A stretch of DNA of 64,000 nt from Ignavibacteria bacterium (GTDB lineage Bacteria > Bacteroidota > Ignavibacteria > Ch128b): assembly GCA_026415235.1 (NCBI GenBank), contig JAOAHM010000019.1, forward strand, positions 14,583 through 78,582, in the 5' to 3' direction. The translations under genes were made by a program, and so were the position numbers. Below the pieces are notes generated by a model, which saw only the letters and a program-made list of their open reading frames with translations, did no database searches and was not told where the DNA came from. Positions 21,376-31,978 of the stretch are shown one piece after another (within the stretch, counting starts at the first letter, position 1; every line of letters begins with the position of its first letter).

Positions 21376-21891
21376 ATGATTTTAATCGGTAAGATTGTTG
21401 GTCCTCATGGCATTAAGGGGACATTAAAGGTAAAACCTTTTACAGATTTTCTGGAAAGGTTTGAAAAAAATAATATTGTAAAAATTAGATTTGAAAATTC
21501 GCTCTTTGAATTTTTGATTGAAGAATCTTTTTTGCATAAAAATTTTATTTGCTTGAAATTGAAGGGAATAGAAGACATTAATCAAGCATTGAAATTTAGA
21601 AATTGTGATATTGTCATAAGTGAAGATGAATTAAAACAACTTGATGATAATGAATTCTATATTCATGATTTGATTGGACTGAAAGTATTGGGTGAAAGTA
21701 ACGAAGAAATAGGTGTAATTACTGATGTAATTTCACTTGCCTCGAATGATATATATGAAATTGAATTGTCGAATAAGAAAAAAGTTTTCTATCCAGCGGT
21801 TAAAGAGTATATCGAAGAAATAAATATCGAGAAGGGAATAATCAAGATTAAAAACTACGAAGATTTTTTTGAAAGCAATGATGCGATTTGA
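21376..21891 (+). CDS. rimM: Ribosome maturation factor RimM
   Basis: IGKIVGPHGIKG and FYIHDLIGL motifs; synteny. Confidence 0.95.
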   Translation: MILIGKIVGPHGIKGTLKVKPFTDFLERFEKNNIVKIRFENSLFEFLIEESFLHKNFICLKLKGIEDINQALKFRNCDIVISEDELKQLDDNEFYIHDLIGLKVLGESNEEIGVITDVISLASNDIYEIELSNKKKVFYPAVKEYIEEINIEKGIIKIKNYEDFFESNDAI

Positions 21892-22531
21892 TTTAATATC
21901 TGCAGTTCCTGAAATACTTGAAAGTCCAATTAGTTACAGTATAATTAAGAGAGCAAGAGAGAAAGGCATAGTGGAAATTTATCTTCACAATTTACATGAT
22001 TATGGTGATGGTAATTATAAGCAAATAGATGATAAGCCTTATGGTGGTGGTAGTGGAATGGTTCTTAAACCAGAACCAATTTATCGTTGTGTAAAAAAAT
22101 TACAGAGTGAACGAGATTATGACGAAATAATAGTAACTTCAGCAAAAGGTGAAATTTTTAATCAAAGCGAAGCAAAAAGACTATCCTTACTTAAAAATGT
22201 GATAATAATTTGTGGTCACTACAAAGGAATTGATCAAAGAGTAATAGATATTTTTAATGCAAAAGAGATTTCAATTGGAAAATTTGTATTGAGTGGTGGA
22301 GAACTTCCAGCACTGGTAATTGTTGATGCTGTTGTTCGATTATTACCAGGAGCTTTGGGAGATAGTGAGTCAGCTTTAACAGATTCATTTATTGAAGATG
22401 ATTATATTGAACCACCAATTTATACTCGACCACAAGAGTTTTTAGGATTAAGAGTCCCTGATGTTTTGCTTTCAGGTGACCATAAGAAGATAAAAGAATG
22501 GAAAGAAAGTTATTCAAAGAAAGTTGAATAA
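21881..22531 (+). CDS. trmD: tRNA (guanine-N1)-methyltransferase TrmD
   Basis: [21 protein letters not shown] and SIG.FVLSGGE motifs. Confidence 0.97.
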   Translation: MRFDLISAVPEILESPISYSIIKRAREKGIVEIYLHNLHDYGDGNYKQIDDKPYGGGSGMVLKPEPIYRCVKKLQSERDYDEIIVTSAKGEIFNQSEAKRLSLLKNVIIICGHYKGIDQRVIDIFNAKEISIGKFVLSGGELPALVIVDAVVRLLPGALGDSESALTDSFIEDDYIEPPIYTRPQEFLGLRVPDVLLSGDHKKIKEWKESYSKKVE

Positions 22532-22551
22532 AATTTAATGGAGATGATAAA

Positions 22552-22890
22552 ATGAATAAACTGGATCAAGTTAAAAAGATGCAGGTTCGAACAGACCTAC
22601 CAAAGTTCAAACCGGGAGATAGAATTAATGTTCACTTCCGAGTTATTGAAGGAGACAAAGAAAGAATTCAACAATTTGAAGGAGATGTAATCTCTATCAG
22701 AGGAAGTGGAGTTGATCAAACATTTACTGTTAGAAAAATTTCTGATGGAGTTGGAGTAGAAAGAATCTTTCCAATGCATTCACCGAGAATTGCGAAAATT
22801 GAAATAGTTCGAGAAGGAAAAGTAAGAAGAGCAAAACTTTATTACTTAAGAAAACTTTCTGGAAAAGCAGCAAAAATTAAGAGTAAGTAA
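22552..22890 (+). CDS. rplS: 50S ribosomal protein L19
   Basis: GVGVERIFP and [12 protein letters not shown] motifs. Confidence 0.98.
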   Translation: MNKLDQVKKMQVRTDLPKFKPGDRINVHFRVIEGDKERIQQFEGDVISIRGSGVDQTFTVRKISDGVGVERIFPMHSPRIAKIEIVREGKVRRAKLYYLRKLSGKAAKIKSK

Positions 22891-22909
22891 AGTTTAAATT
22901 TTATATGAA

Positions 22910-22946
22910 AAATAAAAAGGCTGTCAGATGACAGCCTTTTTTATTT
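22910..22946. terminator. Bidirectional Rho-independent terminator
   Basis: AAAAAGGCTGTCA-ga-TGACAGCCTTTTT between convergent rplS and serA. Confidence 0.85.
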
Positions 22947-22961
22947 AAGATAAATTAAAAA

Positions 22962-24146
22962 TTAAATTGCTACATGAGAGACACTAAGCACATTTTCGTT
23001 GCTTGAAATTTGATTAAGCAATTCTTGTGGCAAAGGATCTTTAAGTTTCATTGTGCAGCACGCAACAATACCACCTTCAAAAATTACATTTTCAATTTCT
23101 TCAATATTAATATTAGCTTCTCGAATTATGTTGAGTACTGAAGCGAGGACACCTGGCTTATCATAATGTTTAACTACAAGTTGATATTTAGCATCAGTAA
23201 TTCTTGCTCTGTTCACCCAGTGAGCAATTACTCCACTTGTTAAATAGTCTTTGATTATTCGCACGGTTTCTTCTGCAACGGCGTTTTGTGCTTGCTCTGT
23301 TGAAGCACCTATGTGATGAGTTACATATATGTTTGGATTAGATTGAAGTTTAGATGAAACAATGCCTGATTTTGCTTCGGGTTCATCCTTGAAAACATCA
23401 AGGGCAGCTCTTATTTTTTTATTTTCAACTGCCCACAACAGAGCATCTTCATCAACAATTTCAGCGCGAGATGTATTTATGAACAGCGCACCATCTTTCA
23501 TGTAACTGAACATTTTTTGATCGAATAGATTTCTTGTTTGATCAGTAAGTGGTAAATGAACAGAGACTACATCGCAAAGTGGGAGTAGTTGATCCATTTC
23601 TGAAAAATCTTTAATGGCAACTCCTTCAATTCTTGAGATATCTTTACCATAAACATTCATTCCCAGTGCTAATGCTCTTTTAGCAACTTCTTTTCCAATA
23701 TTTCCTACTCCAATAACACCAAGCGTTCTACCGTAAAGTCCCTGTGCTTTTGAGTATTTATCTTTATTCCAAATACCATTTCTAAAATCAATCACATTAT
23801 CAGGAATCCATCTATCTAATGCAATCATTAATCCAATTGTTAACTCAGCTACGGCAATTGCATTTTTACCTGGACAATTACTAACATAAACTCCTTTACG
23901 ATTTGCAGCAGCAATTGCGATGTTATTAACACCTGCACCAGCCCTTACGATTAAAGATAGATTTTTACTTTCATAAATTGTCTTCTCATTGACAACTGTT
24001 GAACGAACAACCAGTATATCAACTTCTTTTGCAGCTTCGGGTAAATCATTTTCACCGAGTTTTGGATTGTAAATCACTTCAAGACCTAATGCTTTTAGGT
24101 CTTCGATATATTTTTCAGGAAATTTATCAGCAATAAGTACTTTCAT
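22962..24146 (-). CDS. serA: D-3-phosphoglycerate dehydrogenase / D-2-hydroxyacid dehydrogenase with ACT domain
   Basis: RAGAGVNNI, GVGNIG, INTSR and HIGASTEQAQ motifs; C-terminal ACT (HYDKPGVLA). Confidence 0.8.
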   Translation of the reverse strand: MKVLIADKFPEKYIEDLKALGLEVIYNPKLGENDLPEAAKEVDILVVRSTVVNEKTIYESKNLSLIVRAGAGVNNIAIAAANRKGVYVSNCPGKNAIAVAELTIGLMIALDRWIPDNVIDFRNGIWNKDKYSKAQGLYGRTLGVIGVGNIGKEVAKRALALGMNVYGKDISRIEGVAIKDFSEMDQLLPLCDVVSVHLPLTDQTRNLFDQKMFSYMKDGALFINTSRAEIVDEDALLWAVENKKIRAALDVFKDEPEAKSGIVSSKLQSNPNIYVTHHIGASTEQAQNAVAEETVRIIKDYLTSGVIAHWVNRARITDAKYQLVVKHYDKPGVLASVLNIIREANINIEEIENVIFEGGIVACCTMKLKDPLPQELLNQISSNENVLSVSHVAI

Positions 24147-24147
24147 T

Positions 24148-25371
24148 TTACCTCCCAGAGATTTTATTTATTTGATTTATTTTTTTTGTCTTGATATTGA
24201 AAAGATATAGGTAAAGTGGAATCATGGAATTCACAAATTCATAATTTCCGCGCTCTAAAGATTTAATAGCTTTCAGTTTTTTCATCCTCTGTAAGAAATT
24301 ATGAAGTTTTTTCTTTTCGGAAGGAGAGAGTTTTTGTTCCAATTCTTTTTTACTAAAGGATTTCTTAGGGATTTCAACGATTTTACTTAAAATAGTTCTA
24401 TAGTCTTTACTCTGAATTGCATTTAAAACTTGCACATCGATAAATCTTCTTCCAATTTCTTCAGCAGCGATAAATATTCCTTGATAAGCATCATTAATAT
24501 CTACAACTTTATCTTTATCAACCCAAAAACAACAATCACCAATTATGTGCATAATTTTGGGATAACCTGAAGAATACTCACAAATTAAATCCAAAGCGTT
24601 ACTTTCGATTTCCATATCAACACTATTGAAAGCTTTTGAAAAAAATTCACTCATTTCATCTTTATTCATAGTTTCAATTTTAATAACATCAAATATTCTT
24701 TCAGTAGGGGGATGTAAACTTACAATTTCTTTTCTTCTCTCTTCAGTTCCACACAACATTAAAGTCAGAGGTAATGGACTCGTTGAAGTTGCATTTTCAT
24801 CAACGAAAGTTTTAATGAAGTGTGCGAATTCAGGATTTTTAGATATTCCATTGATTTCATCTAATATTAAAAATATCCCTTTAAAGTTTTCCTCTTTAAT
24901 TTTTTCAAACAGTGTTTTAAGAAATGGCAAGAAACCTTTTGAAATATCTAAAGCATCATTTTTAAGAGCTTCAAAATTTATAGAAAGACCGAACAACTCT
25001 TGTTTGCCAATATATTTCGATAAAAAATTCTTTATCTTATCTACAACTTTTTCGTTATAAAGCTGTTCTCTTAAAATTGTCTCAACTGTTTTTTGAGCTA
25101 ACCCTTCGACTGAATTTGTATTTCCAAGAAAAACATGGATACCTAATAAATGATAATTTTTTTCTGCTAAGGTTTTTGAATAATTAGCTAGTGAACTTTT
25201 CCCAATACCATACTCTCCAGTCAAAAAAAGAACCTGCATCTTCCCTAAGGAACTTTGAACAAAAGATTTTTCAATTCTTGATAATTCATCTTTCCTGCCT
25301 GTAAATAACTCAACTGGAACTGGTTGACCTGGATAGAAAGGACTTCTACCTTTATTTTGAAAATCTAACAT
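24148..25371 (-). CDS. Stand-alone P-loop ATPase (AAA_16/archaeal ATPase-like) with probable C-terminal winged helix
   Basis: SPF.PG..FTGR..EL; Walker A GEYGIGKSS; Walker B IFLILDE; sensor LMLCG; SSGYP motif. Confidence 0.75.
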   Translation of the reverse strand: MLDFQNKGRSPFYPGQPVPVELFTGRKDELSRIEKSFVQSSLGKMQVLFLTGEYGIGKSSLANYSKTLAEKNYHLLGIHVFLGNTNSVEGLAQKTVETILREQLYNEKVVDKIKNFLSKYIGKQELFGLSINFEALKNDALDISKGFLPFLKTLFEKIKEENFKGIFLILDEINGISKNPEFAHFIKTFVDENATSTSPLPLTLMLCGTEERRKEIVSLHPPTERIFDVIKIETMNKDEMSEFFSKAFNSVDMEIESNALDLICEYSSGYPKIMHIIGDCCFWVDKDKVVDINDAYQGIFIAAEEIGRRFIDVQVLNAIQSKDYRTILSKIVEIPKKSFSKKELEQKLSPSEKKKLHNFLQRMKKLKAIKSLERGNYEFVNSMIPLYLYLFNIKTKKINQINKISGR

Positions 25372-25380
25372 AGTTTTATC

Positions 25381-27042
25381 TTATTCTTTTAACATCGGTA
25401 TTTTAATTCCAAATTTTTTTGCATTTTGAATTGCTCTTTCATAACCTGCATCAGCATGGCGGACAATTCCCATACCAGGGTCATAAGTGAGTACTCTTTC
25501 TAATTTTTCATCAGCTTCTTTTGAACCATCAGCAACGATAACCATTCCAGCGTGGATTGAATAACCCATTCCAACTCCGCCACCGTGATGTACCGAAACC
25601 CAACTTGCACCACCAATTGTGTTCAGCATTGCATTCAAGATGGGCCAATCAGCAATTGCATCACTTCCATCTAACATTCCTTCAGTTTCGCGATTTGGAG
25701 AAGCAACCGATCCACAATCAAGGTGATCTCGTCCAATAACAATTGGTGCTTTAACTTTTCCTTCTCGAACAAGTTTATTGAAAATTAATCCCATCTTTGC
25801 TCGTTCTCCATAACCGAGCCAACAAATTCTTGCAGGTAATCCCTGAAATTTTACATTCTCTTGAGCTAATTTTATCCAACGAACTAAAGATTTATTTTCA
25901 GGGAATGTATTAATAACTGCTTCGTCAGTTACATAAATATCTTGTGGGTCACCAGAAAGTGCAGCCCATCTGAAAGGACCTTTTCCATCGCAAAAAAGTG
26001 GGCGAATGTATTCGGGTACAAATCCTGGAATATCAAACGCATTCTTTACTCCATTTGCAAAAGCTTCTCCACGAATATTGTTACCGTAATCAAATGTAAT
26101 TGCACCTTTCTTTTGAAATTCTAACATTGCTTGAAGATGAATAACAATTGATTGCTTTGCCATTTGAATGTATTTATCTGGATCACTTTTTCGAAGTTTG
26201 AGAGCTTCTTCATAGGGTATACCATGTGGCACATAACCATTTAAAGTATCATGAGCTGAGGTTTGATCTGTAAGAACATCAGGAATAATTCCTCGTCTTA
26301 AAATTTCAGGTAGAATTTCTGCAGCATTTCCAAGTAATCCAACTGAAAGGGCTTTCTTTTCCTTTTTAGCGTTTAAAACAAGTTCAAGAGCTTCATCAAG
26401 ACTTTCACTCATTATATCCAAATAACCTGTTTTTAATCTTTTTTCAATTCTCGAGCGGTCAACTTCAACTCCAAGGAATGCTGCACCGTTCATTTTTGCA
26501 GCAAGAGGTTGGGCACCGCCCATTCCTCCAAGTCCTGAGGTCAAAAGAAATTTTCCACTTAATGAGCCTCCAAAATATTTATCAGCGCATGCTGCGAATG
26601 TTTCGTATGTCCCTTGCAAAATCCCTTGTGTTCCAATATATATCCAACTACCTGCTGTCATTTGACCATACATAATTAAACCAAGTGCTTCGAGCCTTCG
26701 GAATTCATCCCATGTTGCCCACTTTGGAACAAGCATTGAATTGGAAATAATAACTCGTGGCGCAAGAGTATGTGTTTTGAAAACAGCAACAGGTTTTCCG
26801 GATTGAATTAAAAGCGTCTCATCATTTTCTAAATTTTTTAATTCACGCACAATTGCATGATAACAATCCCAGTTTCGAGCAGCTTTCCCAATTCCACCAT
26901 AAACAATTAATTCTTCAGGTTTCTCGGCAACTTCCGGGTCAAGATTATTCATTAACATTCGGAGGGCTGCTTCTTGAATCCAACCCTTAGTGTTTAATTG
27001 TGTCCCTCTTGGTGCTCTAATTGGTTCGTATTTGTAATTCAT
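25381..27042 (-). CDS. hutU: Urocanate hydratase
   Basis: [24 protein letters not shown] and HHGGGVG motifs. Confidence 0.98.
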   Translation of the reverse strand: MNYKYEPIRAPRGTQLNTKGWIQEAALRMLMNNLDPEVAEKPEELIVYGGIGKAARNWDCYHAIVRELKNLENDETLLIQSGKPVAVFKTHTLAPRVIISNSMLVPKWATWDEFRRLEALGLIMYGQMTAGSWIYIGTQGILQGTYETFAACADKYFGGSLSGKFLLTSGLGGMGGAQPLAAKMNGAAFLGVEVDRSRIEKRLKTGYLDIMSESLDEALELVLNAKKEKKALSVGLLGNAAEILPEILRRGIIPDVLTDQTSAHDTLNGYVPHGIPYEEALKLRKSDPDKYIQMAKQSIVIHLQAMLEFQKKGAITFDYGNNIRGEAFANGVKNAFDIPGFVPEYIRPLFCDGKGPFRWAALSGDPQDIYVTDEAVINTFPENKSLVRWIKLAQENVKFQGLPARICWLGYGERAKMGLIFNKLVREGKVKAPIVIGRDHLDCGSVASPNRETEGMLDGSDAIADWPILNAMLNTIGGASWVSVHHGGGVGMGYSIHAGMVIVADGSKEADEKLERVLTYDPGMGIVRHADAGYERAIQNAKKFGIKIPMLKE

Positions 27043-27044
27043 AG

Positions 27045-27380
27045 TTATTGTTTGAAATGTTTGTTTAAGATGTTTTCATATTGTTTAAGTAATGGTTTAT
27101 AAATCCACTTCATGAAGAAAATTGATTTTTTAATTTTTTCTCTCAATAGTTTTGCGTTTTCCGTGAGTTGAAGTTCAAGTCTTTTTATTTCTTCTTTAGT
27201 GAGTCTAATTGGTGATTGCGAAGACGAGAGTTTTTCATTTAGGCTTTGATAAATTCTTATTTCAGTTATGTAACGATTATCACCTTCAATTTGTCTGAGA
27301 ATTTGTTTTACCATTGTTTGAAGTAATTTTTTCTCAGATGCATCGAAATCAAAATTGTAATTTTTAAATAATGGTTTCAT
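27045..27380 (-). CDS. Hypothetical helical protein (111 aa)
   Basis: ORF packed between add and hutU with 1-2 nt gaps. Confidence 0.7.
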   Translation of the reverse strand: MKPLFKNYNFDFDASEKKLLQTMVKQILRQIEGDNRYITEIRIYQSLNEKLSSSQSPIRLTKEEIKRLELQLTENAKLLREKIKKSIFFMKWIYKPLLKQYENILNKHFKQ

Positions 27381-27381
27381 A

Positions 27382-28470
27382 TCACTTAAACGCCAATAAT
27401 TTTTCTCTGACTTTTTGATAACCAGGTTTTATTACATTGTAGATATAATCAATTCGCTCATTGTAATGAATGAAAGCACTTTTCATTGCATTAATTGTGA
27501 GTTTCTCCATATCGTCCAATGTCAATCCAAAAACTTCTGCTGCTACTTTGAACTCATTTGACATTGTTGTATTTGACATCAATCGATCATCAGTATTTAA
27601 GAAAACTCGGAACTTATTCTTGTAATAAATTCCAAATGGATGCTGCTCAAGACTTTTTACAGCTCCAGTATGAACATTACTTAATAAGCAAATCTCAAGT
27701 GGAATTCTTTTATCGAGAACATATTGTGCTAATGTCCCCATTGCAACAAGCTGTCCATCAATAACAGTCATATCTTCAATTAATCTTGTTGCATGACCAA
27801 GTCTATGTGCACCACACCACTGGAGTGCCTGCCAAATTGATTCTTTCCCCCAAGCTTCACCCGCATGAATTGTAATGTTAAAGTTTGCTCGCTGAATATA
27901 TTGAAAAGCTTCGATGTGTTTTTTCGGAGGATATCCACCTTCTTCTCCAGCAAGGTCAAATCCAACAACTCCTCGATCTCTAAAATCTACAGCAAGTTCA
28001 GCCATCTCAAGACTTAACTTCATATTTCGCATTGCACAGATAATCAAACCGTAACCAACACCATATTTTTGTTTTCCTTTTTCAAGTCCATTCAAAACTG
28101 CTTGGACAACTTCCTCCCAATGCAATCCTTTTTGAGTATGGAACACAGGAGCAAAGCGAGTTTCAACATAAACAACTCCATCATAGTACATATCTTCAAT
28201 CATTTCAAAGGCGACTCGTTCGAGTGCTTCCTTTGTTTGCATCACTGCAGTTGTATGTTCGAAGCCACGGAGATATTCAACAAGATTTCCTTTGTTTGCA
28301 CCTTCATGAAACCAAGCTGCAAGTTCTTCAGGATCAGAAGTTGGAAGCTTGTTATACTTAATATCTTTTGCCAGTTCTATGATTGTTTGTGGCCTTAATC
28401 CACCATCTAAGTGGTCGTGTAGTAATACTTTAGGTACTTCTCGAATAATTTCTAAAGTTTCTTTACGCAT
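27382..28470 (-). CDS. add: Adenosine deaminase
   Basis: LHDHLDGG, GFDLAG, HAGEA, RLGH and NTDD motifs. Confidence 0.93.
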   Translation of the reverse strand: MRKETLEIIREVPKVLLHDHLDGGLRPQTIIELAKDIKYNKLPTSDPEELAAWFHEGANKGNLVEYLRGFEHTTAVMQTKEALERVAFEMIEDMYYDGVVYVETRFAPVFHTQKGLHWEEVVQAVLNGLEKGKQKYGVGYGLIICAMRNMKLSLEMAELAVDFRDRGVVGFDLAGEEGGYPPKKHIEAFQYIQRANFNITIHAGEAWGKESIWQALQWCGAHRLGHATRLIEDMTVIDGQLVAMGTLAQYVLDKRIPLEICLLSNVHTGAVKSLEQHPFGIYYKNKFRVFLNTDDRLMSNTTMSNEFKVAAEVFGLTLDDMEKLTINAMKSAFIHYNERIDYIYNVIKPGYQKVREKLLAFK

Positions 28471-28625
28471 AAAGCCCTCTGATTTTTTGAAGAGTGGTTG
28501 TGAAAGTTTTAGTATACAATGTTATTCCTTTCTTTCAAATTTAAAGAAATGGGTTTGGTTTTTCAATTAATTGAGTTTTATTGTGAAAAAATATTAAGGT
28601 TCAGATTAGATAAAAACTTGAGGAG

Positions 28626-28700
28626 TCGGGGCGGGCGGATTCGAACCGCCGACCTCCTGGTCCCGAACCAGGCGCTCTAACCGGGCTGAGCCACGCCCCG
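28626..28700 (-). tRNA. tRNA-Pro (anticodon CGG); CCA not encoded
   Basis: Minus strand reads CGGGGCGTGGCTCAGCCCGGTTAGAGCGCCTGGTT-CGG-GACCAGGAGGTCGGCGGTTCGAATCCGCCCGCCCCGA; complete cloverleaf. Confidence 0.97.
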
Positions 28701-28807
28701 CTCGTTTGATAAATCTTGAAGTGAACGAAAATTCAGTACAAATATAAGAGAATTGAAATTGAATTTTTTCTTTTGATAGAAACAGAAGGAAATTAGAAGA
28801 CTAAAAT

Positions 28808-30127
28808 CTAACCCTCTGCAATGTTTGCTGGTTTAAGAGTGAAATAAACTCTTGTCCACTTCCCTTCTTCACTTGCGATCCAGAAGTGCTCGCCATGTTT
28901 ATCAATAATAGCTTTGACGATTAATAGACCTAAGCCAAGACCTTTCTCACCGCTTGTTCCACGAGTTGTAAACTTTTTCGTTGAAACTAACAGGTTCATT
29001 AATATTTCTCGGTCAATTCCTACTCCAGAGTCAACGACAAGTACAACAAGTTTATTTATTTTCTCATGGTAATGAGTATGAATTTCAATTGAACTATTGG
29101 GATGAGAAAATTTAATCGCATTATCAAGTAAATTTTTCAAAACTTCTATAATTAAAAATTCGTCCCCATAGACATAGAGTTCTGGTTTTGAGTTAACTAA
29201 AATTTTGATATTCTTTCTCTCTGCAATTTTCGACATGGTCTTTGCAACAAAATTAATTGTAGAAGTCACATCAAATTCTGTGGAATTTAATGTGAGGGAA
29301 GGTGACTCGTATTTTGTCCATTCAATAATTTTATTAAGCGCATTTAATTGTTGTTGAGAAAGTTCAAAAATATTTTCTGCGAATTTTTTTACTTCACTTC
29401 GATTTTTGTATTGTCCTTCTTTAAGCAATTGACAATATCCAAAAACACTTGTTAATGGTGTTCGTAAATCATGAGAGATGATTGATACAAGTTTGTCTCT
29501 TTGAAATTTTATTTTTTCAAGTTCATCTTTGATTTTATCAACTTCACTTCTTGGTTCTTCTTTTTTTATGAACTTTGCAACAACAGCTTTACCATTTGAA
29601 GGAATTTCTTTTACATGTTCTTTTACAACGGTTTCTTCTTTTACTTTTATTTCTGTTAAAGGAATTGATTGTGTCTGTTTTGGAGAAAAATTTTTTGTTT
29701 CTGTTTTAGGCGTCTGAATTTTTGTTTCTACAGGTTTTGAATTTTGAACATCATCAAATTTTTTTGTGGGTTCTTTTGGTCTATAAAAATTATATGAAGG
29801 TTCTTGATACCAAAATTTTTCTCTTTCAATAGGTTTTCTCTCAACTTTTCTTGTTATTAAAAAAATGAAAAGTATCAAAAAAAGAATTATACTACCTATG
29901 AAAGAAACTAACTCAAACGAACTTATTGTAATAACATCAGTCGACAAAACTTCCTTAGTTAACAAATCATAAAATTGAATTAATGTAATTATACCAAGAC
30001 CAACAATGATCAGAAAAAATCCGCCTTTAAATTCAAAGTCCCTGAGTAATAAAATACTTATTACTATATTGATTGTATTCAACAATATCGAAATTAAAAT
30101 CAAACTTTGATATGTTTCAAAACTCAC
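28808..30127 (-). CDS. Membrane sensor histidine kinase
   Basis: 3 N-terminal TMs; H-box SHDLRTPL; N-box NLLDNAIKF; G1 DSGVGI; G2 GLGLGL. GTG start after SD ggag. Confidence 0.92.
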   Translation of the reverse strand: MSFETYQSLILISILLNTINIVISILLLRDFEFKGGFFLIIVGLGIITLIQFYDLLTKEVLSTDVITISSFELVSFIGSIILFLILFIFLITRKVERKPIEREKFWYQEPSYNFYRPKEPTKKFDDVQNSKPVETKIQTPKTETKNFSPKQTQSIPLTEIKVKEETVVKEHVKEIPSNGKAVVAKFIKKEEPRSEVDKIKDELEKIKFQRDKLVSIISHDLRTPLTSVFGYCQLLKEGQYKNRSEVKKFAENIFELSQQQLNALNKIIEWTKYESPSLTLNSTEFDVTSTINFVAKTMSKIAERKNIKILVNSKPELYVYGDEFLIIEVLKNLLDNAIKFSHPNSSIEIHTHYHEKINKLVVLVVDSGVGIDREILMNLLVSTKKFTTRGTSGEKGLGLGLLIVKAIIDKHGEHFWIASEEGKWTRVYFTLKPANIAEG

Positions 30128-30203
30128 ATTTATTTCTCCAGTAAAGATAGTTTTTCACTAAGATTATCGAATTATTAGTCTATTTTTTTCAGATAATAAA
30201 TTT

Positions 30204-30230
30204 TAAACTTGAATAACACCTTACCGATAA
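30204..30230 (+). promoter_or_regulatory. Sigma28 (FliA/WhiG-type) promoter
   Basis: TAAA-N15-ACCGATAA versus consensus TAAA-N15-GCCGATAA (one mismatch, exact spacing). Confidence 0.75.
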
Positions 30231-30261
30231 TAACGATGAAATTTGATTAACAACGAATGAT

Positions 30262-30465
30262 TTGAGAATTAAATTGAAGCCTTACTCGACTGACTGGCAA
30301 AAAAAATTTGAAGAACTACCTGCAAAAAAAGTTGCAAGAGATTATTCTGAATTAAAAGCGTTAATTTTATCAAGATTACATAATAATTATTACAACGAAG
30401 AAAAAATTAATCAAATAGTCGCTGATAAAATTTTAGGTGACATAACCAAATTTTTCAGAAAGTAA
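30262..30465 (+). CDS. Putative FlgM-like anti-sigma28 factor
   Basis: C-terminal LKALILSRLHNNYYNEEKINQIVADKIL resembles the FlgM H3/H4 pattern; preceded by a sigma28 promoter; TTG start uncertain. Confidence 0.55.
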   Translation: MRIKLKPYSTDWQKKFEELPAKKVARDYSELKALILSRLHNNYYNEEKINQIVADKILGDITKFFRK

Positions 30466-30586
30466 CTTTCTTAAATACTATAGCCTACCATAATTTCAGA
30501 AAATTATTTCATTAAGTATTTTCGCATTAGGAATGAGTCTAATCGTAAGTTGAAGATTATCAAATATTGAATTTTGGAGATAGATT

Positions 30587-31978
30587 ATGAAACAAAAAAT
30601 ACTTGTAATTGATGATGATGAACTCGTGAGTTCTTCACTCAAAAGAGCTTTGACACAAAGTGGTTATGATGTTGAAATTGCTTTAAGTGGACGTGATGGT
30701 TTACAAAAAATTGAAAGTTATGAGCCTGATATGATTTTGTTGGATATTTTCTTAGGTGATTTGAATGGAATGGATGTTCTGAAAAGTATTCAATCATTTA
30801 ATCCAGATTTACCTGTTGTAATGATTACAGGCTTTGCAGATGTTCAAACTGCAGTCAATGCAATTAAAATGGGGGCAATTGATTTCATTCTTAAGCCAAT
30901 AAATTTAGACCAGTTAGAAGTTATCATTAATAAAACATTAAAACAGGTTGCTCTTCAAAAAGAAATTCAACGGTTAAAACTTATTGCTAAAGAAGGTGAA
31001 ATAACTCGTGAGATGTTTGGTAACAGTCGAGTTATGCGTTCGACATTGGATGCGGTTGAAAAAATTGCTATGAGTGAAGGCACAACCATTTTAATCGAAG
31101 GTGAAAGTGGCTCAGGGAAAGAAATGATTGCTCGCTATATTCACAGTATTTCAAGTAGACGAGACGGTCCTTTTGTAGCGATTAACTGTGGAGCAATTCC
31201 AAAAGAATTAGCTGAAAGTGAGTTATTTGGAAGTGAAAAAGGTGCTTATACTGGCGCAGGTGATAAAACTCGTATTGGCAAGTTCGAGCTTGCTGATGGT
31301 GGAACTATTTTACTAGATGAAATAGGTGAGTTGAGCTTAGATTTACAAGTAAAATTGTTAAGAGTTTTACAAGAGAAGAAATTTTTTAGACTTGGTGGAA
31401 CTAAAGAAATAAGTGTGAATGTCAGAATTATTGCTGCTACAAATAAAGACCTTCGAGAAGCTGTAAACAATAAGCTTTTTCGAGAAGACCTTTATTATAG
31501 ATTAAATGTCGCTTCGGTTTATGTTCCACCTTTGAGAGAAAGAAAGGAAGATATTCCTTTACTAGCTATGACTTTTATTGATGAATTTAATAAAGCTATG
31601 AATAAAAATGTCAAAAGAATTTCTTCTGAAGCTCTTGAATTATTGCAAAAGTATTCCTGGCCTGGTAATGTTAGAGAATTGAGAAACACCATTGAAAGAG
31701 CTGTTTTACTCTCAAATAGCGACGAACTGAAACCTGAACACTTAAACTTTTTTGAAAAGGAAAAAGAACCAACAACCTTTTCCAACGATGATTATATTTT
31801 AAAGATTCCAAAAAGTGGTGTAAAAATGGATCAAGTCGTGAGAGATTTGATAATACAAACTCTCGAAATTACTGATGGTAATCAAATTCAAGCAGCAAAA
31901 ATATTGGGTATTTCAAGGTCAAAACTTCGATACAGAATGGAACAACTAAACATTGAAGTTAAAAGACAAGTCAAATGA
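30587..31978 (+). CDS. Sigma54-dependent response regulator (NtrC family: REC-AAA+-Fis HTH)
   Basis: REC domain; GESGSGKE; GAYTGA; LLDEIGEL; FREDLYYRL; WPGNVREL; Fis HTH AAKILGISR. Confidence 0.95.
   Translation: MKQKILVIDDDELVSSSLKRALTQSGYDVEIALSGRDGLQKIESYEPDMILLDIFLGDLNGMDVLKSIQSFNPDLPVVMITGFADVQTAVNAIKMGAIDFILKPINLDQLEVIINKTLKQVALQKEIQRLKLIAKEGEITREMFGNSRVMRSTLDAVEKIAMSEGTTILIEGESGSGKEMIARYIHSISSRRDGPFVAINCGAIPKELAESELFGSEKGAYTGAGDKTRIGKFELADGGTILLDEIGELSLDLQVKLLRVLQEKKFFRLGGTKEISVNVRIIAATNKDLREAVNNKLFREDLYYRLNVASVYVPPLRERKEDIPLLAMTFIDEFNKAMNKNVKRISSEALELLQKYSWPGNVRELRNTIERAVLLSNSDELKPEHLNFFEKEKEPTTFSNDDYILKIPKSGVKMDQVVRDLIIQTLEITDGNQIQAAKILGISRSKLRYRMEQLNIEVKRQVK

Noticed and set aside
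24626-25060. 144-aa antisense ORF and similar shadow ORFs (e.g. 13472-13903, 17856-18107, 28069-28398, 40550-40891)
   Set aside because: They overlap well-supported genes on the opposite strand and show no motifs or SD sites; expected antisense artefacts.
28471-28625. Purine riboswitch upstream of add
   Set aside because: No purine-aptamer core or three-way junction is recognisable; the leader is short and AT-rich.
28626-28807. tRNA-Pro as integration site of a mobile island
   Set aside because: No integrase and no duplicated tRNA 3' end seen in the window.
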